Positions 22,637 through 35,580 of a stretch of DNA of 64,000 nt are shown one piece after another. The DNA is taken from assembly GCA_020536535.1 (NCBI GenBank), contig JAHLWZ010000825.1, positions 37,461 through 101,460 of the forward strand, written 5' to 3'. The notes beneath the pieces are model-generated. The model made no database searches and was not told where the DNA came from. It worked only from the letters and a program-made list of their open reading frames with translations. The stretch comes from Pelomyxa schiedti. Lineage: Eukaryota > Protista > Evosea. Numbering within the stretch: position 1 is the stretch's first letter; every line of letters starts with the position of its first letter. A program made the translations under genes and the position numbers.

Positions 22637-24331
22637 ATGCACCGCGGCACCGTGGAGCGCCACCGCGTGGTTGTTATTGTGGGAGCGACTGGCACAGGCA
22701 AGTCCAAGCTCGCTGTGCATATCGCACGGCGTGTGGGTGGCGAAATTATCAACGCCGACGCCATGCAGACCCACCGCGGCCTCGATGTGATCACCAACAA
22801 GCCCCTATCCTCCGAGATGCACGGAGTTCCCCACCACTTGTTCTCGGTCGTCGACGACTTTGCCGAGCCCCCCCCTGGTGACACCTCGACGAAGCCTCCC
22901 AGTGCGGCGACGACTGGCCCAGCAAAGACCGACATTATGGGAGGAGGTAGCCACGCCGACGTCCGGTGGTGGGTTGGGGAGGCACGACGGCTCGTGGCCG
23001 AGATCGAAGGAAGGGGACACGTTCCCATAATTGTTGGCGGATCGCACTACTACGTGTACTCTCTGTTGTGGGGTGAACTCATCGCCGACCCGGACGGAAA
23101 CGGCAATCCTGAGACTGGAACTGCAACCCCAAACAGGATCGAGAGCGAGATATCGACAGAGAGCGAGGCTGAACGCCGGTTGAAAATCGAGAACGCGGAA
23201 ATGATACGCGCGGCGCTGCAGAATTTGGAAGCGGAAAAGAATTCCGCGAAGGACGGTGCAGGCGGAGCGTCACCGTTGGTAAAGCAGCAGTTGTTCGATG
23301 TGCTGTCGCGTGTGGATCCAGCAATGGCGCAGAAGTGGCACATAAACGAGACGAGGAAGATTGTGCGGTGCTTGAACTTTTATCTTCAGAACGGGAGGCC
23401 GTACAGCCAGGCGGCTGCAGAGAAGAGAGTCTGTGAAAGTAAACCTGAGTATGAACCGTGTTTACTGTGGGTCGACTGCGACCTGAAGGAGCTAAGCGCT
23501 AAGCTCTACCAGCGCGTCGATGAAATGATTGGAATGGGGGCCGTAGAGGAAGTCGCCGAGCTGCGGAAAAAAGTGATGAGTATATTTCCCGAGAGTGATG
23601 TGGTCAAAGGCCCGGAAGGACAACTACCACCAAGACTCTTTGAATTAGGGTTAATGCAATCTATAGGCGCTCAAGAACTCTGGGAAAGCTGCCTCAACCC
23701 TAGGCTCCCAAGTGGTGACTACTCACCGCTCCTGGAGCAAGGAATTTCCGAAATGAAAAAAAATACTGTAAGATATGTACACACGCAATTGCGATGGATT
23801 CGTAACAGGTTGATGCACAAGTCTGTTCTCTACCGGATTGATGCAACTTGTTGTCTTCCAAGTGAAACACCCAAGCAACTTCATGCTTGGGAAGACTGCG
23901 TTGGAAACCCCGCCGTCGAAATAGTGGAAGAGTTTCTCAGAAGTGGCCCACATGCTGCGCTCCCGTCCACTCCAAACCCTGAAGAATCACTCACGACCAC
24001 ACCAACATCAACACTACAAACCCTCACTTCAGAACACTCCACCAACAGTTGTTCCTCTTCAAATATCTCAGTCACCACAACTCCAAGCACCACAGAGACT
24101 CAGCAACCACAGCTGCGAGAAGGACAACACCCCATTCAACACTCCGTTTCAATCACACAGCTCACAGTTCCCACACAGACTGAGTGGAAAAAACACTTGT
24201 GTGAGGTCTGTGGTGTGACAGTCAATGGGCCACACGAATGGCAAGCACACATAGCGTCCAAGAAGCACAAGGCAACAAAAAGAAGGACTAACAAATTGGC
24301 GCTCCAAACCAAAAACAAAACCAAAGACTGA
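22637..24331 (+). CDS. TRIT1: tRNA dimethylallyltransferase (Mod5/TRIT1/MiaA family) with C-terminal zinc finger; intronless
   Basis: VVVIVGATGTGKSKL P-loop, EIINADAMQ..GLDVITNK, PHHL, PIIVGGSHYY, QSIG..E, TVRYVHTQLRWIRNRL, and C2H2 finger CEVC...EWQAHIASKKHK. In-frame upstream ATGs at 22241 and 22493 make the start uncertain. Confidence 0.93.
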   Translation: MHRGTVERHRVVVIVGATGTGKSKLAVHIARRVGGEIINADAMQTHRGLDVITNKPLSSEMHGVPHHLFSVVDDFAEPPPGDTSTKPPSAATTGPAKTDIMGGGSHADVRWWVGEARRLVAEIEGRGHVPIIVGGSHYYVYSLLWGELIADPDGNGNPETGTATPNRIESEISTESEAERRLKIENAEMIRAALQNLEAEKNSAKDGAGGASPLVKQQLFDVLSRVDPAMAQKWHINETRKIVRCLNFYLQNGRPYSQAAAEKRVCESKPEYEPCLLWVDCDLKELSAKLYQRVDEMIGMGAVEEVAELRKKVMSIFPESDVVKGPEGQLPPRLFELGLMQSIGAQELWESCLNPRLPSGDYSPLLEQGISEMKKNTVRYVHTQLRWIRNRLMHKSVLYRIDATCCLPSETPKQLHAWEDCVGNPAVEIVEEFLRSGPHAALPSTPNPEESLTTTPTSTLQTLTSEHSTNSCSSSNISVTTTPSTTETQQPQLREGQHPIQHSVSITQLTVPTQTEWKKHLCEVCGVTVNGPHEWQAHIASKKHKATKRRTNKLALQTKNKTKD

Positions 24332-24489
24332 CAGGCGATTGGAAACCTCAACTTTTTTCGTTGTTTGCTTTCCTCTCTGAGAGCCGGAACTCTCAAGTTC
24401 AAGTGCGAAAAAATTCCCTTGCCAAGACTGGACACTTCACAAAGGAGGAAGGGACAATACACTACACGACGGAAACGACGACAATTGAC

Positions 24490-25997
24490 ATGAAGCCCCA
24501 GGAGGCCAAGCCGCTCCCTGTCAGCACCACAACAGCGACTTCGACGCAGAATCAGAGCACTGGGGTGTGTCTGCCATTTCCTCGATCGGTCAATGTCGGA
24601 GCAGTGGAAGGAATTCCTTCCACAGTCTCGTCTCCTGCATTGAGCCAGCTCTTCTTGTTCGTGAACTGATTATCTGTTTCTAGGGGGGTAACGACGAGTT
24701 AGCGGCACTGCTTCAGGGCGGCGCTTTGGTTGGCGGCGCGACCGCTTTTCCTGGGATGAATGGGTTGCTCGGTACTTGCATACATGGCGTACATTACCCG
24801 TGGTGCGCGTTTATTGTGGGCGTAAATAAACTCGTGTTCAGGTGGGTTCCCCAGAGTAAATCCTTTATGTTGTTAGTGTGAGCAACAAGTAAACGTAACC
24901 GGCAGAGGGCTCCCTATTACCGTGCAACAGCTGAGAACGAGGAAACTCTTACCTCTTCACAATACTATGGTGAAACCAAACATGGCCATTATTGGGAACC
25001 ACGCTTTGGCGAATGTACTTTGCGTTTTGGAGATACACGGATTCCTCAAGGGCGTGGATGGAACAAGGTGGACCCCAACAACGGAGTGGAATTCGCTCCA
25101 ACAAAGAGCCAAATCGGAGTTCGATGAGTGGTCTATTGCCCAACGCACCAGGCGGAATTCTGGAAATACACCAATATCTCCTACAGAAGAAGGACCTAGC
25201 AGTGCACCGGCGTCTTCCACACCAGCCCCAGTAGCACCTACAACCCAAGCAAATTCAAGTACTCCAGCTAATCCAACTCCTCCGGTCAATTCCACTCCTC
25301 CCACTGGCACGGGTGTTCCTGAAGTTGTTGGAAAGTTTGATGATCACGGAGTAACATATGTATCCTTGAAGTACTCATTTCACAGACACTGATCAATTCA
25401 CAGTGGAGGATCAAATATGAAAATAACGTGCACTCTGTATCCCTTCCTATTGCGGCTCGTATTCATCTGCTTGAGGTCATAACAAACTATGAAAGTACTT
25501 TAGCGGCAGTAGCAGCAGCCACAGCAACTGTAAGAAGAAAAGCCTGCAGCAGACGCCCAAGAATAATCCAAACTGAACCTCAGCAAGCAGTCTCTCCGGT
25601 AGCACACCGGCACATCAGCCAAAAAGAGCAACAGTTTGAATTTGACATCAACTCAGTGAAAGCAGAGAAAGCCGGGTCTCTTGACCCAAATGCTCAATCA
25701 AGTGACAATACAGACACTGAAGATGAAGGCACAGTACCGCTTAATCCAAAATCAGCTTCAGTACCGCCTGCACCCCCAAAATCGCCAGTTCCACAATTAC
25801 CACGGCCTCTGGTAGCTGACAATGGAGAGCAAGGTTATGATGATGGAGATGAGTCAGATCCAGATGACGGAGGCTATGCAGATACATTTGCTAACAGTGA
25901 AGACGACTATTGTCCACCCACACCAAAGAAAAGAAGAGGGAAAGGCACTGGTCTGCCACGTGGTGGATCTCGTGTCGTCCCCAAGGGAGGATTGTAG
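24490..25997 (+). CDS. Hypothetical nuclear protein (multi-exon; acidic and basic low-complexity C-terminus, possible winged-helix segment)
   Basis: ORFs 24490-, 24922- and 25428- are bounded by GT..AG introns. C-terminus has DDGDESDPDD and PKKRRGKG (NLS-like). ALANVLCVLEIHGFLKGVDGTRW weakly resembles a winged helix. Confidence 0.55.
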
Positions 25998-26164
25998 AAA
26001 TGTTTATAAAATAAATAAGTAAAGATTTTCAACTTATCGTGACGTTGGCTCTTTCTTCTTAAGGTGCCGTCCTGAATGGTATGTCAAAGATCTTTTTTCA
26101 ATTTCCTTTCTTCTCGTTCCCAACTTGTTTCCGTTTACATTGCCGATTAAAAAATAAACGGAAG

Positions 26165-29100
26165 ATGTGCGAGAGATTCGCGCAGTCCTCGTCTGTCATT
26201 GATGCATTGCGTACAATTGTGAACAACTATAGTGGCGACGTAAGCATACTGTTGGAACTACTGCAGAATGCTGACGACGCCGGCGCCACTGTCGTTAGGT
26301 TAGTGTTGTTTTTTGTTGGTGTGGCCTTTTGAGCACACGACACGTTACGATGGCTTTTTCTAGGTTCATGTTGGACCCGCGCACTTACGAGTGCAATTTA
26401 CCGGAGCCACGCCCTGACGAATTTTTTCCTTGTGTGGGTCGAATGCGGCCGTGGTGTGGGCCTGCTCTGTATGCTTACAACAATGCCCTCTTCACTGCGC
26501 AGGATTATGCCAACATATCTAGTTATCTCTGCCCCCCCCACGTCAATGTTTGTTAAACTCCTTCTTCTCCCTGCTATCAGATATTGCATCTATGGGTATG
26601 CTTTATGCAACACTAGGAGTTCATTGACCTTCTATATTCCCAGGCAAAATGAGGGATCTCACAAAGACAGGAAGATTTGGCCAAGGCTTCAACTCAGTTT
26701 ATCACATCACTGATCTTCCTTCCTGGGTTAGTGGTGACTACCTCACTTTCTCTGACCCACACGGTGCTTATGTCTATCCCACACTTTATGGTCTAAAAAT
26801 TCCCCTCAGCATTGCCGCCAAGGTGTGTTGCATTCCACATGGAGTACTTTTCCAACTCAAATATCTCAGAGGCAAGAGCAATTTAGGATGTACAATGTAT
26901 TTGAAAATATATTTCAGCCATCCAAACCTGGGGCTAGTCCATTTGTGAATGGGACCCTTTTCAGGTTTCCTCTGAGAACAGAGACTCTTGCCAAGCAAAG
27001 CTTGATTAAGAATGTTGCAGCAACTCCTGATTTGATTCATGCACTGTTTATTGATCTCATTGTTAGTACCTAAGCTGACTTTGTAGCCCTTCACATTCCG
27101 ATAGGATAATCCTGCCATTTCCTTGCTCTTTTTGAGAAATGTGGAAAGGATTGAACTCTATAACCCAGATCTTGTCTGTGTAGCATCTGTTTCCCCACGG
27201 GACCCACTTCTTCTTTGCCGTAAACAATTGCAATCTGCACTGGTTTCCATGTCAACTAAGCCGCTTCATAACGAAACAAAAGTGTTTACCTGCACCACAA
27301 CTATCAATATAACTAGGCTAGGTTCGTTCTTTTATTTTCGTAGTGCCTAAACAAAAAAACAGACATCACCACATCTGAACAATGGGTTGTTTACCAAATA
27401 CTTGGTGGAAAGGCGTGTCCTATGGCATCCCGTGATCACACTTTAAAGCCACTTGCCGGTGTTGCACTTAATTTGAATGGGCCTGTCAAAGGGAAGGTAC
27501 CTGATTTCTATGCTGACAACTGTCTAATATCCTTGCCAGATTTTTTGCTCTTTGCCACTTCCAATAACGTCAAACCTTCCATTCCACATCAATGGGTTCT
27601 TCTCTATGACAAGCGATCGCCGTTCCATTGAAATTGAGACACATGTTAGTGGAGTTCAAGATGATAAAGTACGATGGAATAAGACCTTACTTCTTGATAT
27701 GGTTTGTGCTTCCACGTTTATTACTCAAAGAAGTGACTCTCCTTAGGCAGCACCTCTAGCACTTCAACTTTTGCAAGACCATAAAGAAACCCTTAGAGAG
27801 AGAATATACTCCTTCTTTCCTACAAATGCAACCATTTTTCCACTCTTTGTTGAACAATTTTTTATGCTGTGCTGGGATCAAGAATCTCCAAAGGCCTTAT
27901 TTCTTTCGGGACTTGAATGGGTCACCCCACAAAAAGCTTGTTTTCTGAGGCATGACTCTGTTTTCTAAGCCACTTTTTTAACACTAAACACCAAAGTGGC
28001 GAATTTAAACCAGGCCAGCCTCAGACCAGTGAGCTCCTTCGAAAATTTATTTCTCTTGGCTCTTCTTTGCGCATTATTGATAAAAGCGAGCCAATTGTTG
28101 AAATAATCAAAGCCTCACCTGCACTATCACACCTCATAAGCCCGAAGCAGAACCTCCTGTGCCCATTATTAGTTAGAACATTACTGCGGAGTTCCCATTC
28201 AACAGTGATACGAAGTTCTAGAATGAGTTCTCCTCTAAAGCATCTTATATTGCAAGATTCCTTGAGTAATGGGTGCTTGTTTCTCGTTATTCATAATAAT
28301 ATTTTCCTCACCCACCTACAGGCTTTTACTTAATTACATTTTCTCTGACTTGGCTTCTTTACCATCTAAGGATGTTGCTACAGAGCTTTACAATTTACCT
28401 TTGCTAGTAACAGCTGATGGACAGCTGGTCCTCGTGGGGAAATCCCCTCTTATTGTTGCATCATCTGAGGAAGTTGAAAAACTTCATGATGCGGAAATGA
28501 TGCATCCACGTCAGGTAAACCGATTCTCGTTTGTTAGTGCAAACAAATTGTAGGTGGAAATTAACCCTTGTGGACTGTTCACAAACCCAACATTCATAAG
28601 TTCAATTGCCCTCTATGAGCTAAAAACTCCAACCGTTTTTTCTGCTGTTCTTTCAAAAAAGCTTCCTCCAAAATGTAACGGCATTGCACCGAAGTACCTT
28701 ACAACAGCTTCAACTACATTTCCGTCATCACCTCCTCCAACACTTTCCACACCACTGGGATCTTCACCACTTTATGGTAGTTCCCCAGTGCGAGAGTCTT
28801 TCCTAACACCCCAACCACCTTCTTCGGATCCTAATGTTTTCTTTTTCACTTGGGATAAAGCAACTGTCCCTCCTCAGTTTCTGGAATGGACGTGGAAACT
28901 TATATCAGGCATGAAACTATCTCTTGCTGAGAGAAATACTCACTTTGGTGCTCTGGCCCTGGTGCCCACACAGAATAATCTACTTGTACTTTTGAATTCT
29001 GCAAGCAAGGTCATGTGGCAATCTCGAAGTTTACCGAGTAAGGTTTGCCGCTTCCAATCAAGTTTAGTGCCCCACTGGCAATAAAATAATCTTTTCTCCA

Positions 29101-32100
29101 AGGTATCTCAGGTCTTATTGAAATTGCATTGCTTGGTATTTGATGAATCAATCGGCTCTGAGACCACAGCTGCTATCCAACCTCTTCTTAGTTTCTCTCC
29201 CCAAGTGGCCACGAAACCTCATTTTTTCAATTTTGTTGAAGCCCTTCGTGGTGTAAGAGACAATATACTCACTCTGCCTCCTGCTGACCTGGCTTCACTT
29301 TCCCAAGTTCTGGTGGATTTGTTTTCCCCTGGCACTCTTGATAGTCATCAGTCCACATTTCTGTGCAGCATCCCCATTTGGAGGACTATCACTGGAGCCC
29401 TCCATGTTATCAAGAGGGGTACAACGTTCCTTGTTTCTGAGCCAATGTACAATCATCCGGCCATTGCAAGTTGCCTGGAGGAAATCCAGTTAAATTTTAT
29501 ACCATGTGCCTCAGCTGCAGAGGAGTCCCTCTTGAAAGAACTTGGAGTTGAGCAGCTGAAGTTTAATTCATTTGTAGAGGCTATTTTACCTGTTTTGTTG
29601 CTCAGATCTCATGGAACAAGCGTTCCTTGCTCATTGGATGGTTCTTTCCCTTCTGTTATGCAACATCTGTCAGGCCACCAGCTGAACATAGATAAGGTAG
29701 TAACTTTCCGTTTTCGGCACAGTTCTTAGACATTATAGGCAAGAGTTCTTCTTCAAACTGTGATGGACTCTGGTGAGCCCATCCCGATGGATACATGCAA
29801 AGTACTTTCCACTGTACCATGCATCTGCACAGCTGCTTCAAATTATAAATGTCCCACAGAACTTTTTGATCCCAAAGATCCATTCTTCTGTAGCCTTTTT
29901 CCATCACACTCCCAGTTCTTTCCACTTGTAAGCACAGAAAACACCCTCAAACAACTGCGCCGTATGAAATTGAACACGCAATCTAACCCCTCGGCAATTG
30001 GAGTCAAACTTTGTCTCATGAGAGTCGCTGAATTGCAGAATAGTGGAACTCTAAAACCACAAGCACTTTCCCAGCTTAGCTGTGAGGCAATACGTTGTGT
30101 ATTACTGCCGCATATTTCATCTGAAGGTAAAAAACAGCTACTTGCAATTGAAGAGATTCCCAAATTACCTTTCATTCCCTGCAAGCAGGGTGACATGTTT
30201 GGAAGCCTCTCCCACAACCCAGAGCACACTCTTGTCTCAATACAGCAAATTTGTGCATCCCATAAAACTGAGATGGTATGTGGCACGCAACAGCCTGTTC
30301 TCAACTTGCAAGAGTTCCTTCGCGAAGATGAAATTGACCAGCTTATTGAATTTATCACACCACCACGATCTTCTGTGGTTCTTGCCCACTTATGTGTATT
30401 GGTTTCCCATTTTGACGACTTTGTTGGGGATATGAATAAAGTTGGTGCGAGGGCGGTTATCGCGTCTCTGAATGAGCTTGGAAAACAATTAAAGTACCTC
30501 ATTGTAATGTCTTGACAACTCTTTTTTAATCCTGCTTTTACCAGGAAAGAAAAACCCTTGCTTAAAGAGATACAGAAATTCTTTTCTGACTCGACATTAT
30601 TATATCCCGTTTTTATAGCGATGAGAAACAAGTTCCATTTGGTGCACCCTTCCATGGTAGTTTATGCCCGATTGTTTCACTCAAATCCGTCCTAAGAATG
30701 TGACAATTCTTTTTCTTACTTTTTTAGCTTTCCCTAGGAGAAGCAGTTCCTCCATTTGTTTTTGAGCTTCCAAAGGAAGATACTGATATTATTTCATTGT
30801 TAAATCAGCTTGGTTCACCTATCCCCGAAATTCCCACCGTAAAACAAATTGTCAACGGTCTATCCATGATGAAATCCTCCATCAACAATAGATCTATCCC
30901 AAAGTAATACCGTTCTCTGAACGTTAAATTAACGAGATTCACAGAGATATCGTATTAGTCATCTGGAGATGTTTACAAAAATTTGCAGGAGAACCCTCCT
31001 TGAAATTTGTTGTCGCCGAGGTTTCTTTCGTTGACCAGGATCCTGTGCATGTCCACTAACGGCGGAGTAGGATGACACCTTATGTGATGTTTCCGAGTGT
31101 TATATATCTGATGCCCCTTGGATCCTTGAGAAAATTGATAAGAGTTTAATCAAATTTGTTGATAAGGTTGAAGGAGATGAATCCTATCACCTTCTGACTA
31201 AATAATTGCCAGGATCATTCTGACACTGCCAAAAAATTGGGCTGTTTAGAACTAAGTAAAGCTGCACAGGAATTTCTGCCTGAAGGGACTATTCTTAACC
31301 CTCTCCCTGAAAACACGTAATGAAATTTCCCGTCTGTGACTTCTTATTTTGACGAAGAGATGAAAACCAATTTTGCATGACTATTCAGAAGCGAATACTT
31401 TCCCCAGAATTTTTCAAAGCCCTGTATAGATTATTTTTCTATGCAACTAAACAGGTTCTTACCTTAGCTGTTCTTTTTCTACTTAGAATGTGCAGCGACC
31501 AACTGCTGAAACCATTTCAAATGTGTGCAATCTCAAAATTGTTATAGTTCAGTCCCTGAAAACCCATGTCTTAATTGGTGGGCGAGATATTACTGCGCGA
31601 AGGCAAGGGGAAGAGGCTTACTCTGATGATTACCTACAGCGGAGCCCACCATGTCTATACCTTTCCAAGTTAGTTATTTCCTTTTTCTTTCCTTTTTTAC
31701 CAAAGTAGGAGTGTTCCACTATGGGACCTCTATCTGGCCTTGATAGCTGAAAATATGAAACCGCTTCTTAATACTGAAAAACTGGACACAAATATTCTTC
31801 GTACAGTGTTGGCTGCCGATCCCTCAACAATGGGACTAGTGCTCAACAAATTCAAAGTTAGTTTTCCATTTCCAATGTATTACCCTGAAATTTGCAGATA
31901 CCCGATGTGATGCCCGAAGAAACATTGCTAACAAAACCAACTTCCCCTCCTCCAATTCAATCGGAAGTTCGGCAGCTCACACAAACAGACACTCCTGGGG
32001 AAGTACCATCTCCGAAAGAACCCCTGTCAAATGCTACCCCAGTGCAAACGACACAAACAACAGACCCTGTAGTTCAGGATTCTACCCTGAAAAATGCTAA

Positions 32101-33138
32101 ACAACGAAATACTGCCTCACAACTCGCTGAGAATATGCTCGATTACGTGAAAAGTGCTCTAGGTGCTAAGCTGGTTTGTTTAGAAAACACGTTTTCCCTT
32201 CAAACTCTTCTTCAGAAACCAGGAACGGTGAATTCTAGTATACACACGGACGAGACCATTATCCATTGCACAGATAGAAGCCCTGAAATTGGTTTTTAAT
32301 TTCCTATTGCTGTTTAGAGTTTAACTGATGTTAAGACTTGGAAGAAGTGGCAACCATAGGCCCTTGTAAAGTATTTGCCGAGAAGTATACCGATGACAAA
32401 AATGCACGTTGTTCATTGACTCCGTCAGACTATTCCTCTTTGCGGTTATTCTGGAACTTGCTTTCTGCACTGATAGTGGCTGTGACAGGAAAGAATTTGG
32501 TCAATGAAGGAGCCGTGCACATTTTCTTGGAGAACGGTGGCACAATTGCCTTCAACTTCCGCAATGCTGTCTATTTCAATCTCCATTACTTTCAGGCGTT
32601 GAATCACCCAGTATGACCTCTCTCGCTTTTTTAATGTGTTTATTTTCCCAGATAGAACTGCGCCAACCTGACAAAGGAACAAGTGTTCTTTCTTTCTGGT
32701 ATGTTACTGTGTGTCACGAGCTTGCACACAATGTTGAGAGCGGCCATAATGCAGCACACAACATGGTGATGCTGAGCATAATTTCCGCTTCCATAAATAA
32801 ATTCATTGAAATGGCACAAGCTACCCTGAAAGTTGTTTCTTCTATTGTGCCCCCAAGTACTCAAGTTCATTTAAAAAAAAAAAATCGCTAATGATCAAAC
32901 AGGTGCTCCCAGTATTGTTCCTGCACATCTCAAAACTACCCCAGCACCCTCCCATCCACCCACTTCCGGGAACCCAAAGTATACATCTCCATCTGACATT
33001 GAAATTAACCTTTTTCTCAGGGTAGAGCACCTTGTTGGTATGTTCCCGCAGCTTGGAAGAGACCAAGCCGAGGCAGCACTAAATGTTGTTGGAGGAAACC
33101 TTGACGCCGCCGTGAAGCTTATTCTTGAAAACCTCTAA
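26165..33138 (+). CDS. Sacsin-like GHKL/HATPase protein with C-terminal zincin (HExxH) module and UBA/CUE-like domain; many introns
   Basis: [76 protein letters not shown]...DRRSI...WN (sacsin repeat region). C-terminal TIAFN...FNLHYF...[22 protein letters not shown] and [33 protein letters not shown]. Confidence 0.85.
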
Positions 33139-33237
33139 CAGTAACAAGTTTGTTGTAAGCTTCAAAAAATGAAAATATGTGCAAAAGGTAAATAAATAAG
33201 AGCCACTTTCGTTGATCCTCAGGGCATTTTATTTTTT

Positions 33238-35464
33238 TTAGAGGTTAATAAGCACAAGGCAACAAAGCACGAGCTCAATGACATAAGCTGGTCTGCTGCT
33301 TGCACTCAATGAATTCTCTCCAGAACTTGAGTCTCCTTTTTCGGAAGTGGAGGAATCAAAATGCTCAGAGGTGGATACACTATGTACGGAAGTCGATTCA
33401 GAGGCCGATTCAGAAGTAGATAGTGATCCCACTTCACTATAAATTCCAGGTTCAAAAAGGCAAGAGTGAGATTTCAGGAGGGAGAGTAAACCTCACAGAG
33501 GTAAGCTGACACCCGGGTGTTACATATGGTGTTGTTTCAGAAGACCTGGTGCACGCTGAACTCACGTATCCTGGGGCACACTGTGTACATCCAGAGTCTG
33601 CCAATGAGTAGCCTGTTGTGCAGGTGGAGCACACATCGTCTGCAATACAAGCACCGCATCCTGTGCTTGTGCAGGTCCCTTATATATTTGTTTGGTTGTG
33701 TTGTCTAGGAATCGGGAAAGTGCGAGAAACCGCAGGGAGGCGCTGTACAATCATCACCAGGCCAGGGAATCACTGAGAATTGTGCTGTACCGGTAATATA
33801 AGACGGCTTTTTGGGAAGGTTTTCTGTGTAAAGGAGAGGCTCCATTTGTTAGTCAAAAATGAAATAAAGGAGAGACAACCAATAGTGTCTGAGAAACTTG
33901 TATCTGTTACACATTCACCCTCGACTGAGCATAGCTTCAGGACACATGGGCATGTCATAGCTACTCCTATTATCCATGGTGAATGGGTTTACTCGGAAAT
34001 AGTTCTATCAGTACCGTCGTATGAAAAGAAATTGTATTCATCTCGGGAGAGTTGTGTCCATTGAGTGCCGGTTGTAGGCTTGATTGAAACAGTATCCAGA
34101 CAATTAACATGGGTATGAACAGTAAAAGAAAATCCGTAGTTCTGTTGTGGGTTAGAGAGGAAAAGAGCCACTATTTCGGAGTAGTGAAGTGTGCCTCCAT
34201 GTGTTTAGTCAACCTCGGACCAGTCTTCAAGCGCAAACTGAAAGGTATTGGTAGCAAAATGAGTGCATGAGGTGAATTCCCATTGAATCTTTGGCACATG
34301 AGAACACTCAACTACAAAGGTGAGGAACCTGTTGCTCCCCCCATGATTTTAGTGCTCCCAACTCTTCAAAGGCGTCGGGTGAAATATCAAACCAATTGAG
34401 CCTTGAGCAGGACTGAGGAACTGACGACCCCTCCCAATATGTAGGGCACTCGTCAAGAACAACAACTTCTGTGCTAACGCTTCTAAAAGTATTCCATAGG
34501 CGCAGGCACTGAAGGAACCATAAAAGAGGGAATACAAGAGTGATGGAAACAAACTGCTCCGCAATAATGTGCATTATCCCAGTCCAGTTCACGGAATCTT
34601 TCAGGGGTTACATTTTCAGCAAATACATGGATGATAGTACTTACGCAGCGTAGTGTGTACTGTAGTAGTCACCCCAGAATGAGGGCAAAGGATTGCCATA
34701 ACCACATGCCCAGTCAGTAGGGTCAAAGAATACGGCCCCACCAAGATGAGTTACATTGCTTGCATCAATAAGGGGAGGATCGCAGGCGTTGGGGATACTG
34801 CTGTCACTGTATCCAGCAAAGTTGTTCTTTCCTTGGAAAACAGCACCTACAAGAATCAAGATATGAAAAAGGACTGCAGCTCTTTACCTACAACAAGAGA
34901 GCTTATAATGAAGTCTTCTTGCACGGTTTCAAGTGACGTACTTGTCACCCTGATACTGGCAGGAACCCATATTATATCTAGCTCATCTGAAGTGGACCAA
35001 CACGTTCCGTAACCAAATCTGGAAAAATAACGAGATAAATATAACAATAGAGTTAGCCACAAATTGCATAGGATTGGACACCCCAAGTGTTAAGTTGGTA
35101 CGCACATCATTTGGTACCACGTCCTTGTAGGAGAAACAAGCATCTGAGGTGTTGAAGCCCAGTCATAAATTTCAATTGCCACCTATTTTTTGAAAAGTCT
35201 CTGGTGAACCTTTGTTTTTTTTTTTTTTTTTGGCAAAGATATTAATTACCAAATGGAAGCACATACGGAGTTCAAAGTGACACCATCAGGCAAATTGAGG
35301 ATGCACAGTTGCAAATACGTGGGGTTGGTGCCAGAGTCCACACTGTACCTCAGTCCCTCGCCTGGCACCTCCCTCCCATAATCCCCTTCACCCCCGTCGA
35401 GGGCAACAACTGGTGCTAGTATGGCCACGACCAACACAATGAGGCACGAGTAGGTCGACAACAT
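33238..35464 (-). CDS. Secreted, probably GPI-anchored expansin-like protein (DPBB + CBM63-like, Cys-rich region, Ser-rich linker)
   Basis: Signal MLSTYSCLIVLVVAILAPVVA. DPBB motif YCGAVC...VVVLDECP...C...WFDISPDAFEELG...IQWEFTSC. CBM63-like HVNCLDTVSIK...WTQLSRDEYNFF. Ser-rich tail and hydrophobic end YVIELVLCCLVLINL*. Confidence 0.75.
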
Positions 35465-35580
35465 CCTCGCACAATTACGCTTAGCAGTACTCAAGGCACC
35501 GAGGGATGTCTTCTCGGGTCGATTTGGCCTTCACGGAAATGCAGACTGTTTAACTTTTAAAAGACACAAAAACCACGAGA
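35465..35580. promoter_or_regulatory. Putative bidirectional promoter between the expansin-like and alpha-galactosidase genes
   Basis: Only 116 nt separate the two divergent start codons. Confidence 0.45.

Noticed and set aside
26165-33138. Fragmented ORFs suggesting pseudogenes or an alternative genetic code
   Set aside because: The interruptions I checked are explained by short GT-AG introns, and long exons read through with the standard code.
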